Below are positions 23,527 through 37,194 of a stretch of 64,000 nt of DNA, in pieces. A model generated the notes under the pieces. That model was given only the letters and a program-made list of their open reading frames with translations, ran no database searches and was not told where the DNA came from. The DNA is from Azolla caroliniana. Its lineage: Eukaryota; Plantae; Polypodiophyta. The translations under genes were made by a program, and so were the position numbers. The stretch lies in assembly GCA_043228905.1 (NCBI GenBank), contig JBHGNT010000007.1:9300001-9364000 (forward strand). The letters run 5' to 3'. How positions within the stretch are numbered: position 1 is the stretch's first letter; each line of letters opens with the position of its first letter.

Positions 23527-26500
23527 ATCGTGACTAAGACTCCAAGCAAATTGTCCCATTCATGTCCGAAGCCGAGCAACTTGCCTCCCTCGACACCCAA
23601 TGCCCTTTTAGGCTTCTCACGCCACTCAATTACACTCACACTCTCACTCTCGAGTAAGCTTGCAAAACTCGATCATCGTAGAGTTGTAGTCATGCAGGGT
23701 TCCCTTTCTTTCATACCTTGAGGGTCCGCAGTCTATCGGGGATCGAAAAACTTCTTATGATAAAGAATACATTTGTAGCTTGCTTGTTTGATCTAAGGAT
23801 GGCTTTGACATTATCTTGGCATGTTAGTAGCATCATGCTTTCCTAAGTGCTTCGACATCATTGCATCATAATGTTTGTCACCCGATTACGAGCAATTTTT
23901 TGGACTTTTGGTTTGCAATAAAACACACATGTTGAACATGTAGCATGTTTGGGTTACTAAAACGCATCCACCAAAGTGTCAAAGATTGTGCCCTTTGTTG
24001 ACACTTCTGGCTATTTGGTGACAAACTTTTGAGATCTCGTGTTTGTCAGGTTAAAAACCCTTTGTCTTAAATTTAAATATACTATTGTTGGTCCTCCAAC
24101 AAAGCTTTTGTAAAATAAGCTCTATGTACACCTATAAATACAAAAGGAGCCTATTATGTATTATTAAGAACTTTAGGGCAAAGGTTAATGCCAACATCAT
24201 CAAGAATGAAGATTTCAAAATAGGATAAAATAGTCAACGATCTCAAAGAAGTAGATGACTGAAGTGTGTCGGCAATTCATCTCCTCTTGCTTTTCAATGT
24301 TACAACAATTAACTTTGTGGTTTAGTGTAAATTATGAAAACTAAGTAGTTAATTTGAGTTAGTTAAGTGTGTATCTAGGTTTCATTCTGTGACCAAAGTA
24401 GCAAAGATTGACTCTTCTATCACCCAACACAACTCCTTGCTACAAAGTCACTTGCCTTTAGCTACTCCTAATCCAACTACCGAAGAGACCAAGCCCCCAT
24501 AGAAAGGATGAATCATTCCCCAAGATTGGCTTGAATATCTTGAGTTGAGTAGACTTATCATACCTGACGTCAAGTTGGCCTTGGTGTAAGCTCATTAACG
24601 TTGATACACATCCCGAAGTAGACAACCATGCATACAGCCTCACTCTCCACCCCTATGACCAACAATTATGGTTGCCTTATAGTTGGGATCCTTCTCTCGT
24701 CGTTCCACATTCATCAAATCTTGTGATGAGTCTTTTGAAAAGGGAAGTAACAAGAATGGGTCATTATTCAAGTGTGGTGGTGGTGGTTTATTACATGGAA
24801 GAGTTTGTTAAAGTTGAAGACCTTTATGTGAAAATTATATATATTACAATTACTTTGTATTTGGAACACTTGTGTCTCATCCATGCCACATTTTTGACTC
24901 TTTGGTTGGAGCTTGTGGATACTTAGAGATCCAGCAAGAACATATTGTTGATCAAGTGTGATAGTGGTTCAATGCATGTAGTTTGATAGTTGAATTTTTT
25001 TTTGTGCCCTCCCTTTCATATTTCTTCTTCTTCATCATCTTTTATTTTTTCCATATTATCTTTGTGGACAATATCATACTCTCTCATCACAGTTTTCCAT
25101 TACACCCAATGTTCTTAAGACCAAAGGTTAGAGTATGACAAAGTGGGTAAATGATCAAGTCTTGATAGCATACCTTTATTTCAATTTTGAACATATGGCA
25201 TAATAAGTCATACCATAGTACAATCAAGACTCCTAGGACATGTTCTTCTTGAATCTCGCAATAACAAGATTCCCCTTAGGTAATTGAAGCCTTATTTTGC
25301 AAACACCACCTAGTATCCAATCCCATTTATTCAACCCATTGACAACCCATTCTTTGCCACTTAGATACATGATAGACTTCATGCAACATTAGTTGTTTCC
25401 CATTTTCTAACTCCAATTTTACAAATCCAACTCTAACTACTCCACACCTATGAGAAGCCCTTCCCCCTCAAGTTGTATGGTTTCTAAGCCAATGAGACTC
25501 ATACATTGGGAAAAACCCTTTTGTGTGTTTTGTAGAATGATACACCCAAGTTCGATAATCATGCACATGGTCTTCATCTTCTCAGAGAACATCTCCCATT
25601 GTATAGTGAAGAAGTTTTTTAATCCTCATCAAGAAATGGTCAATGATTAATACATACGCCCATCACTAATACGTTTGCCTCCACTCACAAGGGCAATGAC
25701 AATCCTAATAAAAAAGACCCTTTTAGTAGCAATTATAATACAATGAAATTCTTAACTAAGAGTTGGGTGAACTTAAGGTCTTCTCTTCCACTCTTGATTT
25801 CATTGCTATTATTGAATCTAATGTAAATAATGGAAAATAGAACCACTTGATCGTGATGCAATTGCTTCATTATATGAGAACAAATTCATGCAATATTAAA
25901 AGTGACATGCATGAGGCTTGAACCCATAGCCTCGCATACAATTACCAAGTGTAAACCATTAGAATAAGTTCTTCTTAAAGTTTATATTATCACCATCATA
26001 AACATATTTTATAGAATATACATGGTGATGCAATGAACATGAATGTCATGCATCACACATAACACATATATGCCAAGTGGTGATCATACATTGCATTCAT
26101 CACACGCACTCACACCTACATGCATTCTTATTCAAACACCTATGTAAGGAAAAGGAACGGAAGCTTGTAGGCATCAAGAGAAAAACATGTATCAATGATT
26201 AAGAGATCAAGTTAGCTTATTGGGAAGGTTTCTTATCTCCCAATATCGAAGTGAAGGAATCAAACTGGAGTTCGGTAAAAATATGGTTATACTGGATTAT
26301 TTTAACTTCGTGTTAGTTTCTTTAACTTGGATATGAAGTTAACTTGATGGGAAAGTTTTTCATCTCCCAAAATCAAAGTCAAAGGTTCAAGTTGAACCTA
26401 AGTAAAAATATGGTGTCATTGTTATAGTGGAATATCGCAACTTTGTGTTAGTTTCTCTCCATTTCTTTTATGAACTCTCCTCATTCATAACCCCATTGGT

Positions 26501-26551
26501 TGGTTCATGACACCGATCACAAACTCTAGCAAATTTTTTGGTGAAACTTGA

Positions 26552-29500
26552 TGTTGAGAATCAAACTCAACTTCCCGTGAGTGGGAACACACTCTAGGAT
26601 ACTCAAGTGTGTGAACACCCCACCTCCTTATATAGTAATGAGTGTGTCATAGAAGTTAATGTCCTATTACACATATTCTTTAAGTAGTTAAGACACTACC
26701 TCTTTCCCAAGAGGTGGTACTAGTGAGAGAACTTAGAGAGAAGGTGACTACATAAGCACCTTCTCCTTCTCTTTGTAAAAGTTGTTGGTTATTCTTGTCT
26801 CCTTGTAAATATTGTTTTCTGTTTCGACTCCAATCTTGAGCTCTCTCTCTCTCTCTCTCCACACACACACACACACACACACACAGTTCTTCCGATGCAC
26901 AGAATCCATCACCGATCCTTTACATGGTATTGGAGCACGTGGTTGCTTGATCGAAGCCCATCGCCTTTATGTGTGTTGTGCTCAATCCTGCGTTCGGAAA
27001 GAACCGGTTGATCGTTGTAGCAACAACCTACACAGTTCATATCAAAGAGGAGAAGAAGAAGAAGTTCGACAATGAACACTCAGATGAGAAACACTCTTCC
27101 TTCCGAGAAGCTTGACAGAAACAACTTTGCATATTGTGAGTACAAGATGCACCAATACCTTGTCGGCCAAGGCTATTGGAGTTATGTCGAAGGAGCAAAC
27201 GAGAATCAACCCAACCCAACACATGCCAACTACCTAGCTTGGGAGCAAGCGGCGAGTCGTGTGTTGTATTGCCTTGCATCATGCGTCCATGATCACATGC
27301 TCGACTACATCTGAGAGGCCAAAATGCTGAAGGAGGTGTGGGGGAACCTCAAGAAGATTTTTGCAACCAACACGACCGCAAGAAAGCTTCAACTCCATCA
27401 AGAGTTGAATGGTATACAACAGAGGGACATGTCAATAGGCAACTACACCCTGAAGATCAAGGAGTGGTGTGATTCCCTTCGGTCGATCAATGTTAGCATT
27501 GATGACGATGAATGTTGCCTTCCTCTCCAGAGGTGACACCTTCAATTCCTAACTGGAATCAGACCAAAGGACTGTGGTACATGGTGGTCAGATCGCTTTT
27601 TCGAAATGGGATGACACCCTACAAATTACTTAAGAGGAAACCTCGGCTATGCATACACGATAGGGAGAGATAGGTTACTTAACAATTATTAATAGCAAAC
27701 AATAACCCAAAATAGACCCAACACTGTTTAGATTACGGAATGAGTAGTGATTATAGTTACACGGCTATCTGCCGGAATGTATCAGATACACTGTAGTGGG
27801 ATTAATTATGTAGTAACCTCATGCTTCTCTCCTATATCTCTCTCCTCTTCCTTCGATCTGCTACTCCTTATATAGATGTTCCCTGGCGCACTCCTTTTTC
27901 TTCCACGTTTTTGGTTGTGTTTATTTTGGCTACTTCTTTTTTATTGCTTTCGGTTGTTTACCTGCTGCTACCTAATACTTATTGTGATTCACATATGTTA
28001 CTATTTTGGCCCACGGAAAACAATGAAAATGGTGTAGATTTTCCTCAGAGGCTTAACACCTCAGTTCAGAGCCATTCAGTCGACAGTTCTCGCGAGGGAG
28101 AATCCTCCCTCCTTCTTCGATCTCCAGTCGATGTTTTTGGTCGAGGAGAATCATGTTTGAACAAGAAGTAATGCGTAAGAAAGACAAATGCTCAATTCGA
28201 ACTTCGATGGAGGAAGAGGACAAGGTCGTGGAAGAAGAGTCTGATTCGGCTAAGGCCAACACAACCAAGAGAAACCTTGAGAACATAACTTCTACTACAG
28301 ACAAGACGTTTCGAATGCACGAGGCAAAGCGTCTGGAAGAAGGGGGAGCAATCAAGCCGGACCCAGCCGACAAAACAATCCCGTCCAATGCAGATACTAT
28401 GGTAAATTTGGCCACTATGAGGCAGAGTGTCGAAAAAAGAAGAGTGAGTCGGCCTCCACAAGCCGACAAATCCCAAACTACGCCTCCAACTCCGATTGCG
28501 ACAATCGTGGCAGAATGTTTGTGATGAGGCATAGAGCGAATTCGATGACAACCTCCAACCCGACCAACACCTCTAAACCAAAAGATGTATGGTTTGTCGA
28601 CTTGGGTGCATCGAACCACATGACATCCCACAAGGATTGGTTCAAGGAGCTACGAAAGCCCGAACGACCCGACTATGTGGAAACTGGGGATGACACAATT
28701 CACCCCATTCAGCATGTCGACAATGTCCCATTTGGAGAAGATGGCAACCAAACATACATCAAGAATGTTCTACATGTTCCTACAATAACAAAGAACTTGG
28801 TCTCAGTTGGCCAGATAGTCGAACAAGGCATGCTAGTCCGCTTCAACGATGGAGGATGCTTCATCGAAAAAGATGGCCAACTCATCACTCGCAGTTGGAG
28901 AGAAGGTTGGATGTTCATCCTCGACTCTCACGAGATGAACTCAGCAATGTATGCCAAGGGCCAGTGAACCAATGCCGACATAGAGCTGTGGGACAAGAGG
29001 ATAGGCCACATCAACCTCCAAAAGCTCAAGGGAATGCAGTCGAAAGGAGTCATCATCAAACTCTCGACATTTGCCGAAAAGGAAATCGCAAGCGTGTGCG
29101 AAGCTTGTCAATTCGGCAAACAACACTGACAACCATTCCCAAAGGAGAGGAACGTAAGCAAAGGGATCCTATATGTAATACATTCAGATGTATGGGGACC
29201 AACCCAAACAACAACATTCGGTGGTTGCTGGTACTAGGTAACGTTCATCGACGACTTCTCTAGACATACCTGGATTTATCCCATGCACTAGAAGAGTGGA
29301 GTGTGCGCGGACACTTCCAAAAGTTCAAAAACGAGGTCGAAAAGGCAACCAATCGGCATGTCTTTTCTCTGACAAAGACAAAGAGTACTTCTCTGATGCC
29401 TTTACAACATACCTTCAACAAGAAGGAATCCGACGGGAATTTACTTGCCGACACACACCTCAACAGAATGGAGTAGTTGAACGCAAGAACTAGCACATAC

Positions 29501-32195
29501 TTGAGGTGGCAAGGGCAATGATGAACGAGAAACGTCTGCCAAAATCATATATGGGCTGAAGTGGCCAATACAGATGTCTATCTGATGAATCGATGTACAA
29601 CATCAGGAGTGCACAATGTTACCCCCTACGAAAAGTTCTATGGGAAGAAACCGGATCTATCCCACGTCCGGATATTCGGTTCAATACCATATGTACGTAT
29701 TCCCAACAAGAAACGGCAGAAGCTTGATCCCAAGTCGGAGAATGTATTCTCGTAGGGTAGTCACTCGAGAAAAAAGGGTATAAGTACTTCAACCCTGCCA
29801 GCAAGAAGGTACGAGTGAGTAGGGATGTTGTATTCAATGAGTCGGTATCTTGGTATATAGTCGACTCAACACCATCCGACACAGTCGAAACCGAGTTCGA
29901 TATAGATGCTGAGGAGGATGATCGACCAAGGCTCACATAAGAGGAAAGTCCAATCTCAACCAAGTTGAGTGGACCACGAGAGCCTCCAAGCGACCAAAGC
30001 ACATCACGGCCAAGTCCAAAATAGGACAAAGGAAAGGCCAAAATGCCTAAGTACGAAGACTCATATAAAAACGAATTGGACCACTCACCCGACAGTGAGC
30101 ATGGTGAACTATATGTGCTCATCATGAGGACACCAGGAGAACCACGTCGATCCACCCGAGAGAAGAACATAGTCAACCGATTTGGCTACAACGACCACAT
30201 GGCATATCATTATGCATTCATGATGAAGATGGCGATAGTCTGAGAACCAGAAACCTTTTCCGAAGCCGTGAAGGATGCTAGATGGGTCGAAGCGATGACT
30301 GAGGAGATGCAAGCACTCTCCGAGAACGAGACATGTCATGTCATCCCTTTTTTCAAACCACCAAAAGGCAATTGGATGTCGGTGGATCTTCAAAGTGAAG
30401 CACAATGCCGACGACATTGTCAATCAATACAAGGCCCGGCTTGTGGCGAAGGGCTATCCGCAAACGCACGGGGTCGACTACGAAGAGACCTTTGCCCCAG
30501 TGGCAAAGATGACTACAATTCGAATCATGATCGCGCTTGCAACAGCAAAAGGGTGGCACCTCCACCAAATGGACGTAAAGAATGCCTTTCTCCAAGGCAA
30601 GTTAGAGGAGGAGGTGTACATGATACAACCACCTGGATTCGAGTCGACTACTCATCGGACTGTTTTCTGTCGACTCAAGAAGCCTCTCTCCGGTCTCAAG
30701 CAAGCACCGAGAGCATGACATTCAAAGATAATGCAATATCTTCAGCAAATCAGCTTCAACATGTCCAAGTCCGACAACTCTTTGTTCATCCGGAGCGACT
30801 CTAGAGGACACATATTTATCATTATCTATGTGGATGACTTGGTCATAGGAGGAGAGCATTTAGCAGATATTGAGCACATCAAGAAGCTCCTCTCTAGCCG
30901 ATTCGAAATGACCGATATGAAGGAGCTCTATTACTTCCTAGGAATAGAAGTAATTCGGATTTCAGACGACATCATGCTTTCCCAAAGGCACTATATCCTC
31001 ACTTTTTTACAAGTTTGGGATGACACTGTGTAAGCCCATCACTACCCCTCTTGATTGAAATCTAAAGCTAGATGCTGACTCCGGCACTAGAGAGTGTGAG
31101 TCGACGCTCTATCGTCAACTAGTCGGAAGCCTCATCTACCTCACAATTACACGACCCGACCTGAGTTACCCGACGTATCCTCTACAAATCGGCCACAGTG
31201 ATACGACTCAAAGAGTATACCGATGTTGATTTTGTTGGCTACAGAGCTGACCACGATCGACATCCGGATTTGTTTTCTCTCTCGACAACGGCTCCATATC
31301 GTGGGGTAGTAAGAAACAACTGGCAGTCGCACTGTCGAGCACCAAAGCCGAATACAGGGGCGCGGCCATAGCCACATGTGAAGTTGTTTGGCTCAAGAGA
31401 ATATTGAAGAACTTGGGCATTCCCATCAAGGATCCGATTCTCCTGTATTGCGACAATATGAGTAGCATTCACCTAGCTCGAAACCAGTTTTCCACGCTCA
31501 GACCAAGCACATCGAAGGGCAGTATCACTTCATCCAAGAGTGTGTTTTGGCTGAGGATGTCGACCTGCCACACATTAGCACGAACCTGTAGTCGGCCGAT
31601 ATCTTCACCAAGGTCCTGGGAGTTGACAAGCTGCGGTAGTTCATGACAAACCTGGATCTTTCGATTGTCGACCAGCCGAGCTTGAAGGGGAGTAAGGAGA
31701 GCAGGAGTCCTGAAGGCCAGTTCGAACCAACCATCCAATGATCGAAAGTTAGTTAAGCTGAACAACTGAATCGAAGTATCTTGAAGACCGAACCGAACCA
31801 ACGTTTCGGCATCTAGAAGTTGTTTTTGAAGGGGAGTGTTGAGAATCAAACTCAACTTCCTGTGAGTGGGAACACACTCTAGGATACTCAAGTGTGTGAA
31901 CACCCCACCTCCTTGTATAGTAATTAGTGTGTCATAGAAGTTAATGTCCTATGACACATATTCTTTAAGTAGTTAAGACACGACCTCTTTCCTAAGAGGC
32001 GGTACTAGTGAGAGAACTTAGAGAGAAGGTGACTACATAAGCACCTTCTCCTTCTCTTTGTAATAGTTGTTGGTTATTCTTGTCTCCTTGTTAATATTGT
32101 TTTCTGTTTTGACTCCAATCTTGAGCTCTCTCTCTCTCTCTCCACGCACACACACAATTCTTCCGTTGCACAAAATCCATCACCGATTCTTTACA
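26552..32195 (+). mobile_element. Full-length degenerate Copia element related to family C1
   Basis: LTRs at 26552-26924 and 31837-32195. TSD CTTGA at 26547-26551 and 32196-32200. PBS-like TGGTATTGGAGC at 26925. Gag (EKLDRNNFAYCEYKMHQYL), PR, INT, RT and RH remnants are colinear with the 1172-7046 element and carry many stops. Confidence 0.95.
27513..28022. mobile_element. Solo LTR (510 bp) inserted in Copia gag
   Basis: TGTT...AACA termini with TSD ATGAA at 27508-27512 and 28023-28027. Gag homology (DDDE|MV) resumes after the insertion. Confidence 0.88.
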
Positions 32196-32200
32196 CTTGA

Positions 32201-32526
32201 CATGACATGTCGACAAGGGGAGTTTCCAATGGAAAAAATGGTTGAAAGTAGCTTCAATGTGGACATGGTCAACTTCATGATGGCTGTTAATGGTTTCAGG
32301 GTTAGGGTTAATAATGATGAAGATAGAAATAGGTTTAACGATGATGATGATAATGAATGTTGATGGTGATGGAGATGATGAGGATTGCGGATTGCAGAAT
32401 TGATGGGCGAAGATGTTGATGTGCACTAAGAAGCATTGTGGGGTGGGGTGTGGTGCCTAGAATGGCTCCACCCCCCTCCCCTCCCAAGGGGGTTCAACGT
32501 AAGGGAAGAGAGAGAGAAAGAGAGAT

Positions 32527-32592
<66 letters not shown>

Positions 32593-32861
32593 TTCCTTAT
32601 TCATTCATTCCCCATAAGGGGTTAAATAGTTACAAAAGGGTAGATACACAGGGGTGCAAGCCCCTTTGTCCATTCACACTAATCACTCACTCACACCTCT
32701 TCGTATTTGTCCACATGCACACACGTGTGCATGTGTACACATACGTATCTACTCACACTCACAATTACACTTATACACATTTACACATACACATCAACAA
32801 CATTATAACATTCCACCCTCGCTCATCACACTTGACTCTCCATACATCTCGTACAGTAACA
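32201..32861 (+). mobile_element. 3' UTR, PPT and complete LTR (32451-32861) of LTR family B
   Basis: G-rich tract at 32440-32450 is followed by TGGTGCCTAG...(GA)n...GTAACA. The two halves are reverse-complement homologues of 37326-37396 and 39413-39650. Confidence 0.75.
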
Positions 32862-32865
32862 ATGA

Positions 32866-35579
32866 TCACGATAAGCCAAATGATACAAGAGCAAAGTACA
32901 ACTAACTCTTTGGAAAGCAAGTTGAAATTTCTTGGGCAATCAGTGATTCAGAAGATTGGTCAATTTAATAGCGAAGACATCATGGGAGTTTTGGAGGTAT
33001 ATGAGAATGAAATGGCCAATAAATGTACTTGACTATGTTACACATGGTAGGTCAATTCAACAAAGTGGTGACTCTAGAGGTTCGAGTAAAGGTATATGAA
33101 TTTCAAGAAAGATTCCACATAGATCGGAGTGGGTTTTGTCAAGCATTGTTAAATGAGTATATGCTTGACGATCGTACAAGAGTCATGAATAAGGCCTTTC
33201 TCGAGTAGACTACGAAAGAAGGGAAAGGTCTTTCCATATTAGAAATACTAAGAGAATTTGAAAAGAAGCACAATGAGATCTAGGTGAGGGATCGATAACT
33301 TCTTCAGTTGGAGAAGGTAGATTTGTTTGTTCGAACAACGAAAAAATCATATAGAAAATATCTAATGATCCTTCTGGAGGATTGAACAAGCACAACTAGA
33401 TTTGTATCCAACTGGACCGAGGTCCCAAAGGCCTATTGCAATGGAGGATGATGCGAAAACCTCGAGGAAGATTATTATAAGAGATCATCCACCACAAGAA
33501 TAGATTACTTGAGGCCGAAGCATATTCTCATGAGGAGAGGACGAGACTAGACTCATTTTGTTTTTGTATGTACAGGATTTAGGTAGTAACTGGCGAGATG
33601 GTTGATGTGGAAAATGAAACATACTTTTTGATCTCTTGATAAGGATGAATGTTGATGGTGTGGAGGTTAGAAGCATATTCTTGAGGGTCGCGTAAGTGTG
33701 TCGTAGTTTATCTACTTATGAAATGATCTTCCCTTGAACAGATAGTTATTATTTGTATAGATGTTCCGACATGAGGGATATGGTATAGTTGTGGGCTAAC
33801 CATGGCGGCCCACCACATTCTACATCAACATGGTTCATCATAGCTCATGTGATATTATTGGAGTTGTGAGTTGGAGAATAGGTGAAAGGAAACAAAGGAT
33901 AATTGTTATCATTATGAAGCTAGAGGAGATGATCACATTCGAACGAATGACAACATTTAAGAGGAAGTGGTGTGGACTGACCATTATGACCCACTACGCT
34001 CTATGTTCAATACATATAGGATGTCCAAAGTCATTCTTTTTCATCTTTCATTCTCCTTTGTGGTTTTCATAGGTCATCATGGCTAGAGCCATTGTAATGT
34101 TTTCATCTTCCATTCAACGTTGTAAGCCTCTGGGCAGATAACTTCAAGTTGTAGACTTCGGGCATTTTTAATACTACTGAAGAAATCTAAAGAGAGAATG
34201 GCGTGATAACACCGAACATCTAAACTGAGAATGCACGAGTCATTAAGAAGCTCTTGATGGAAATGTCATTTTCTATAAAGATGGGAAGATTCATTTATTT
34301 GAAACTCGACAACCTCTTCGATTCAACTTCCGAAAAGGCGGAATGACAAATTTAATGGAGGGTGTTGAAGCCAAGAGGATACAAGCAATTAAATACTTGG
34401 TAAAGAAGGTAGGCGATCCTCATATTGGTACTAGGTTATAGAATAAGGTGATTAATACTGCAAGTAAAGGAAAGGCCATACTAGAGACTTGAGGAAGGTT
34501 TGTGATGAGATTTGAAGTAGTATTGAGTGGAATGACCCAGTAGACACATTAACAACATTCATGCAAAAGTTGTTGGGATGAATGCACATGAAGTTCAAGT
34601 TGAAAAGAAGAGAAAAATAATGGATAAAGTTGGTCCTTCTCAAAGACTAGAAATTAAGGAGCAAAAGTGAAGAGAAATAGACAAAGCCGCTACAAAAGAA
34701 ACATCAAAGCAAAAAGCAACCCCGAGATTCAAGCTAGCCTCGAACATAGAGACTATCGTCTACATCAAAAAGATTTTAGAAACTAGAAATCTTGATAGTA
34801 AGGTAGAGCTTACTCTCAAGAAAATGTTAGGAATTACGAAGAAGAATCTCATGATGTTACAATTGATGCGATCCGAAGAAAGAGACAAGTGGCGGACGAA
34901 GTTAGAGGAGCTAATTCAATTTAAACCCAAGAAGATGTAGATGAAGAAGTTGCACATTAGGTAGAGTAAGAGGTGTACACAAAGATAATAAAAAGAACGA
35001 AGACAAAAGTCACTCCGCCTATGTTCATGGGTGGAAAGTCCCAATGGAAACTAAAGCAACAAAAGATCTCTATGGAGGATGCCACAACATTAAAGAGGTT
35101 AGGATGTTTCCGTGGATATAAATTTCTTTGTAGATAATTTCTCCATAAATCTAAAGACTTTCTCAAAGATTTCTAGAATGGGCCTCTATAGGAAGGGGTT
35201 GTCATGGGGTTGATGTTAGAAAAAGAAGTAAAGGAGATGTGTGTGCAACATCAACTAGTGACACAATTATAAATACTACAAATAAGAATAACGTGGTAAA
35301 TGATTTACATAGTAGAGGCGTGTTTAAAGGTCAAAAGGAGTGAACTTGCGCAAGTGTGCAAGTTCAAAGGGGGTGGGTGTTGTGAACCATCAACCACCAA
35401 GTATGAACAATTACGATAAGTTATTCTATAAGTTTATGTGCTCACCATTGTAATGATGTCTTATGTAATATTGCATACATGGTGACTCACATGAGCACCA
35501 TGATTGTCATACATCATATGTTGCACATGTGTGATAAGAGGCGATCACACATACACATACACATACATGTCTCATGCAC

Positions 35580-35622
<43 letters not shown>

Positions 35623-35997
35623 TATGTGAGAGTTTGTGCACATACACATCCCATGCACATATACACACACATATGAGAGAGTGTGTGAATGCGTACAAGT
35701 GCACACGTGTAGTTACTAGACATTCCTATACTTACATTGAAGGGCAAACTGCATCAAACTTTCCCTTGTGTATAGAGAGTGCATCTTGCACCAAATAAGA
35801 AGGAAGAAGTCCACTTCACAACTATCCTCTCTTGTGACTATTCATTGACAAACCTATCTCTCTTCTAGTCTAGGTACTTGGTGGTCTCACTTTACTTTCA
35901 TATGCCCACACGTATTTATGCGACAACCGGAACTCACCCTTGCATTTCCCTATTGATTGGGATCCCGTCAATGAAGCATGTGATGATTGTGATGACA
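32866..35997 (+). mobile_element. Heavily decayed Gypsy remnant of the same group as the 60971 element: gag-region homology, PPT and 3' LTR
   Basis: IGQFNSEDIMGVLEVYENEM near 32950 and PRFKLASNIE...LDSKVELTLKKMLGI at about 34720-34840 match the 60971-62859 proteins. PPT AAAGGGGGTGGG at 35366-35377 precedes TGTTGTG...GATGACA (35378-35997), which contains (CATACA)n. No RT was recognisable. Confidence 0.6.
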
Positions 35998-37194
35998 AGT
36001 CAATAGTTTGATGGTGTATTAATGTTGGTTTCATCATGTGCGTTAATCAGCTCCCACTTTAGCCAAACTAGTATATCCTCACTTAAATTATTAATGAGTA
36101 ATATATTATATAGACAGGAGATGGAGGAACAGGGAAGAGAGAGAGCGCAACAGAGAGCCGCCTCAACGACACAACAGGGGAACTCTAAAGAAGCATCCTT
36201 GCCAAAAGAATCTGAGGAGCGGCCTCTACCGATCGTATTCTCGACAGAAGAAGAGGCTGAATTCAAATCAGAGATTCAACATCTAACTCAACTCTCTGTG
36301 ATCTACAGAGTGGTGGGAGCTCAGCCTAATAGAGGTGAGTGCAAAGATTTATTACAAGCATCTATGCATGGATTAATTGGTAGGATAATAGATTTCCAAT
36401 ATATGGGACGAGGATTTTATCATGTGGAATTGGATACAATTGAATCAGTGGGCATAATGTTGGAACATAGTCCTCTTGATGTAAGAGGTGCCCGTGCATT
36501 TGTGATGCCTTGGAAACAAGGTTTTAATCCTATGGAGGCAATACGGAAAGAAGACCGGATATTTCCGTTAACGATTGTCTTCCCGGGATTACGCAAGGAG
36601 TATTTACCGATGCTTGGAGCAATAGCTTCGAGGATCGGAACAGTAGTGAGAGTCCAAGAAAGTATGGATATGCGATTAACTAAAATGGCAGGATTTCCGT
36701 CAGCTCGAATCTTGGTAGGATCACTTGAAAACTTACCTACAAAGGTAATGCTACCAAATGAAGAAGGGGATTTTATAGAACAAAATGTGGAGTTTGCTAG
36801 ACTCCTTGGACAATGCTTCTATTGTTGACAAATGGGACACTTGGCCAAGAATTGCCCAAGGAGAAATGTTAAATTTGGGTAAAAAAAACATTGTTGCGAA
36901 TATTGTAAACAAGAAGGGCATGAGGCAGATAAATGTCAAGAGAAACTAGCCTAAGATTGTATGGGTGTACAGGCACAAGGGGAAACATGAGACAATCAAT
37001 GGATAAATGTAAAGGCTAAGCATGGATGCAAGACATTTACGGTGCCTATGCAAGAGATATGCCTCACCCCTAATGCATATAATGAATGCATTGGACATAG
37101 AAACTGATACACAAGAACAACCAACATCCACTACTGAGATAAGGGGGGAAAATGTTAGTACCATCCAACCAAATGATGGATGTGTCAAGTCAAG

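Noticed and set aside
23043-23639. ORFs rich in PK/AK/WL/GF repeats
   Set aside because: They are translations of the GGCTT(T) microsatellite, open in nearly all frames.
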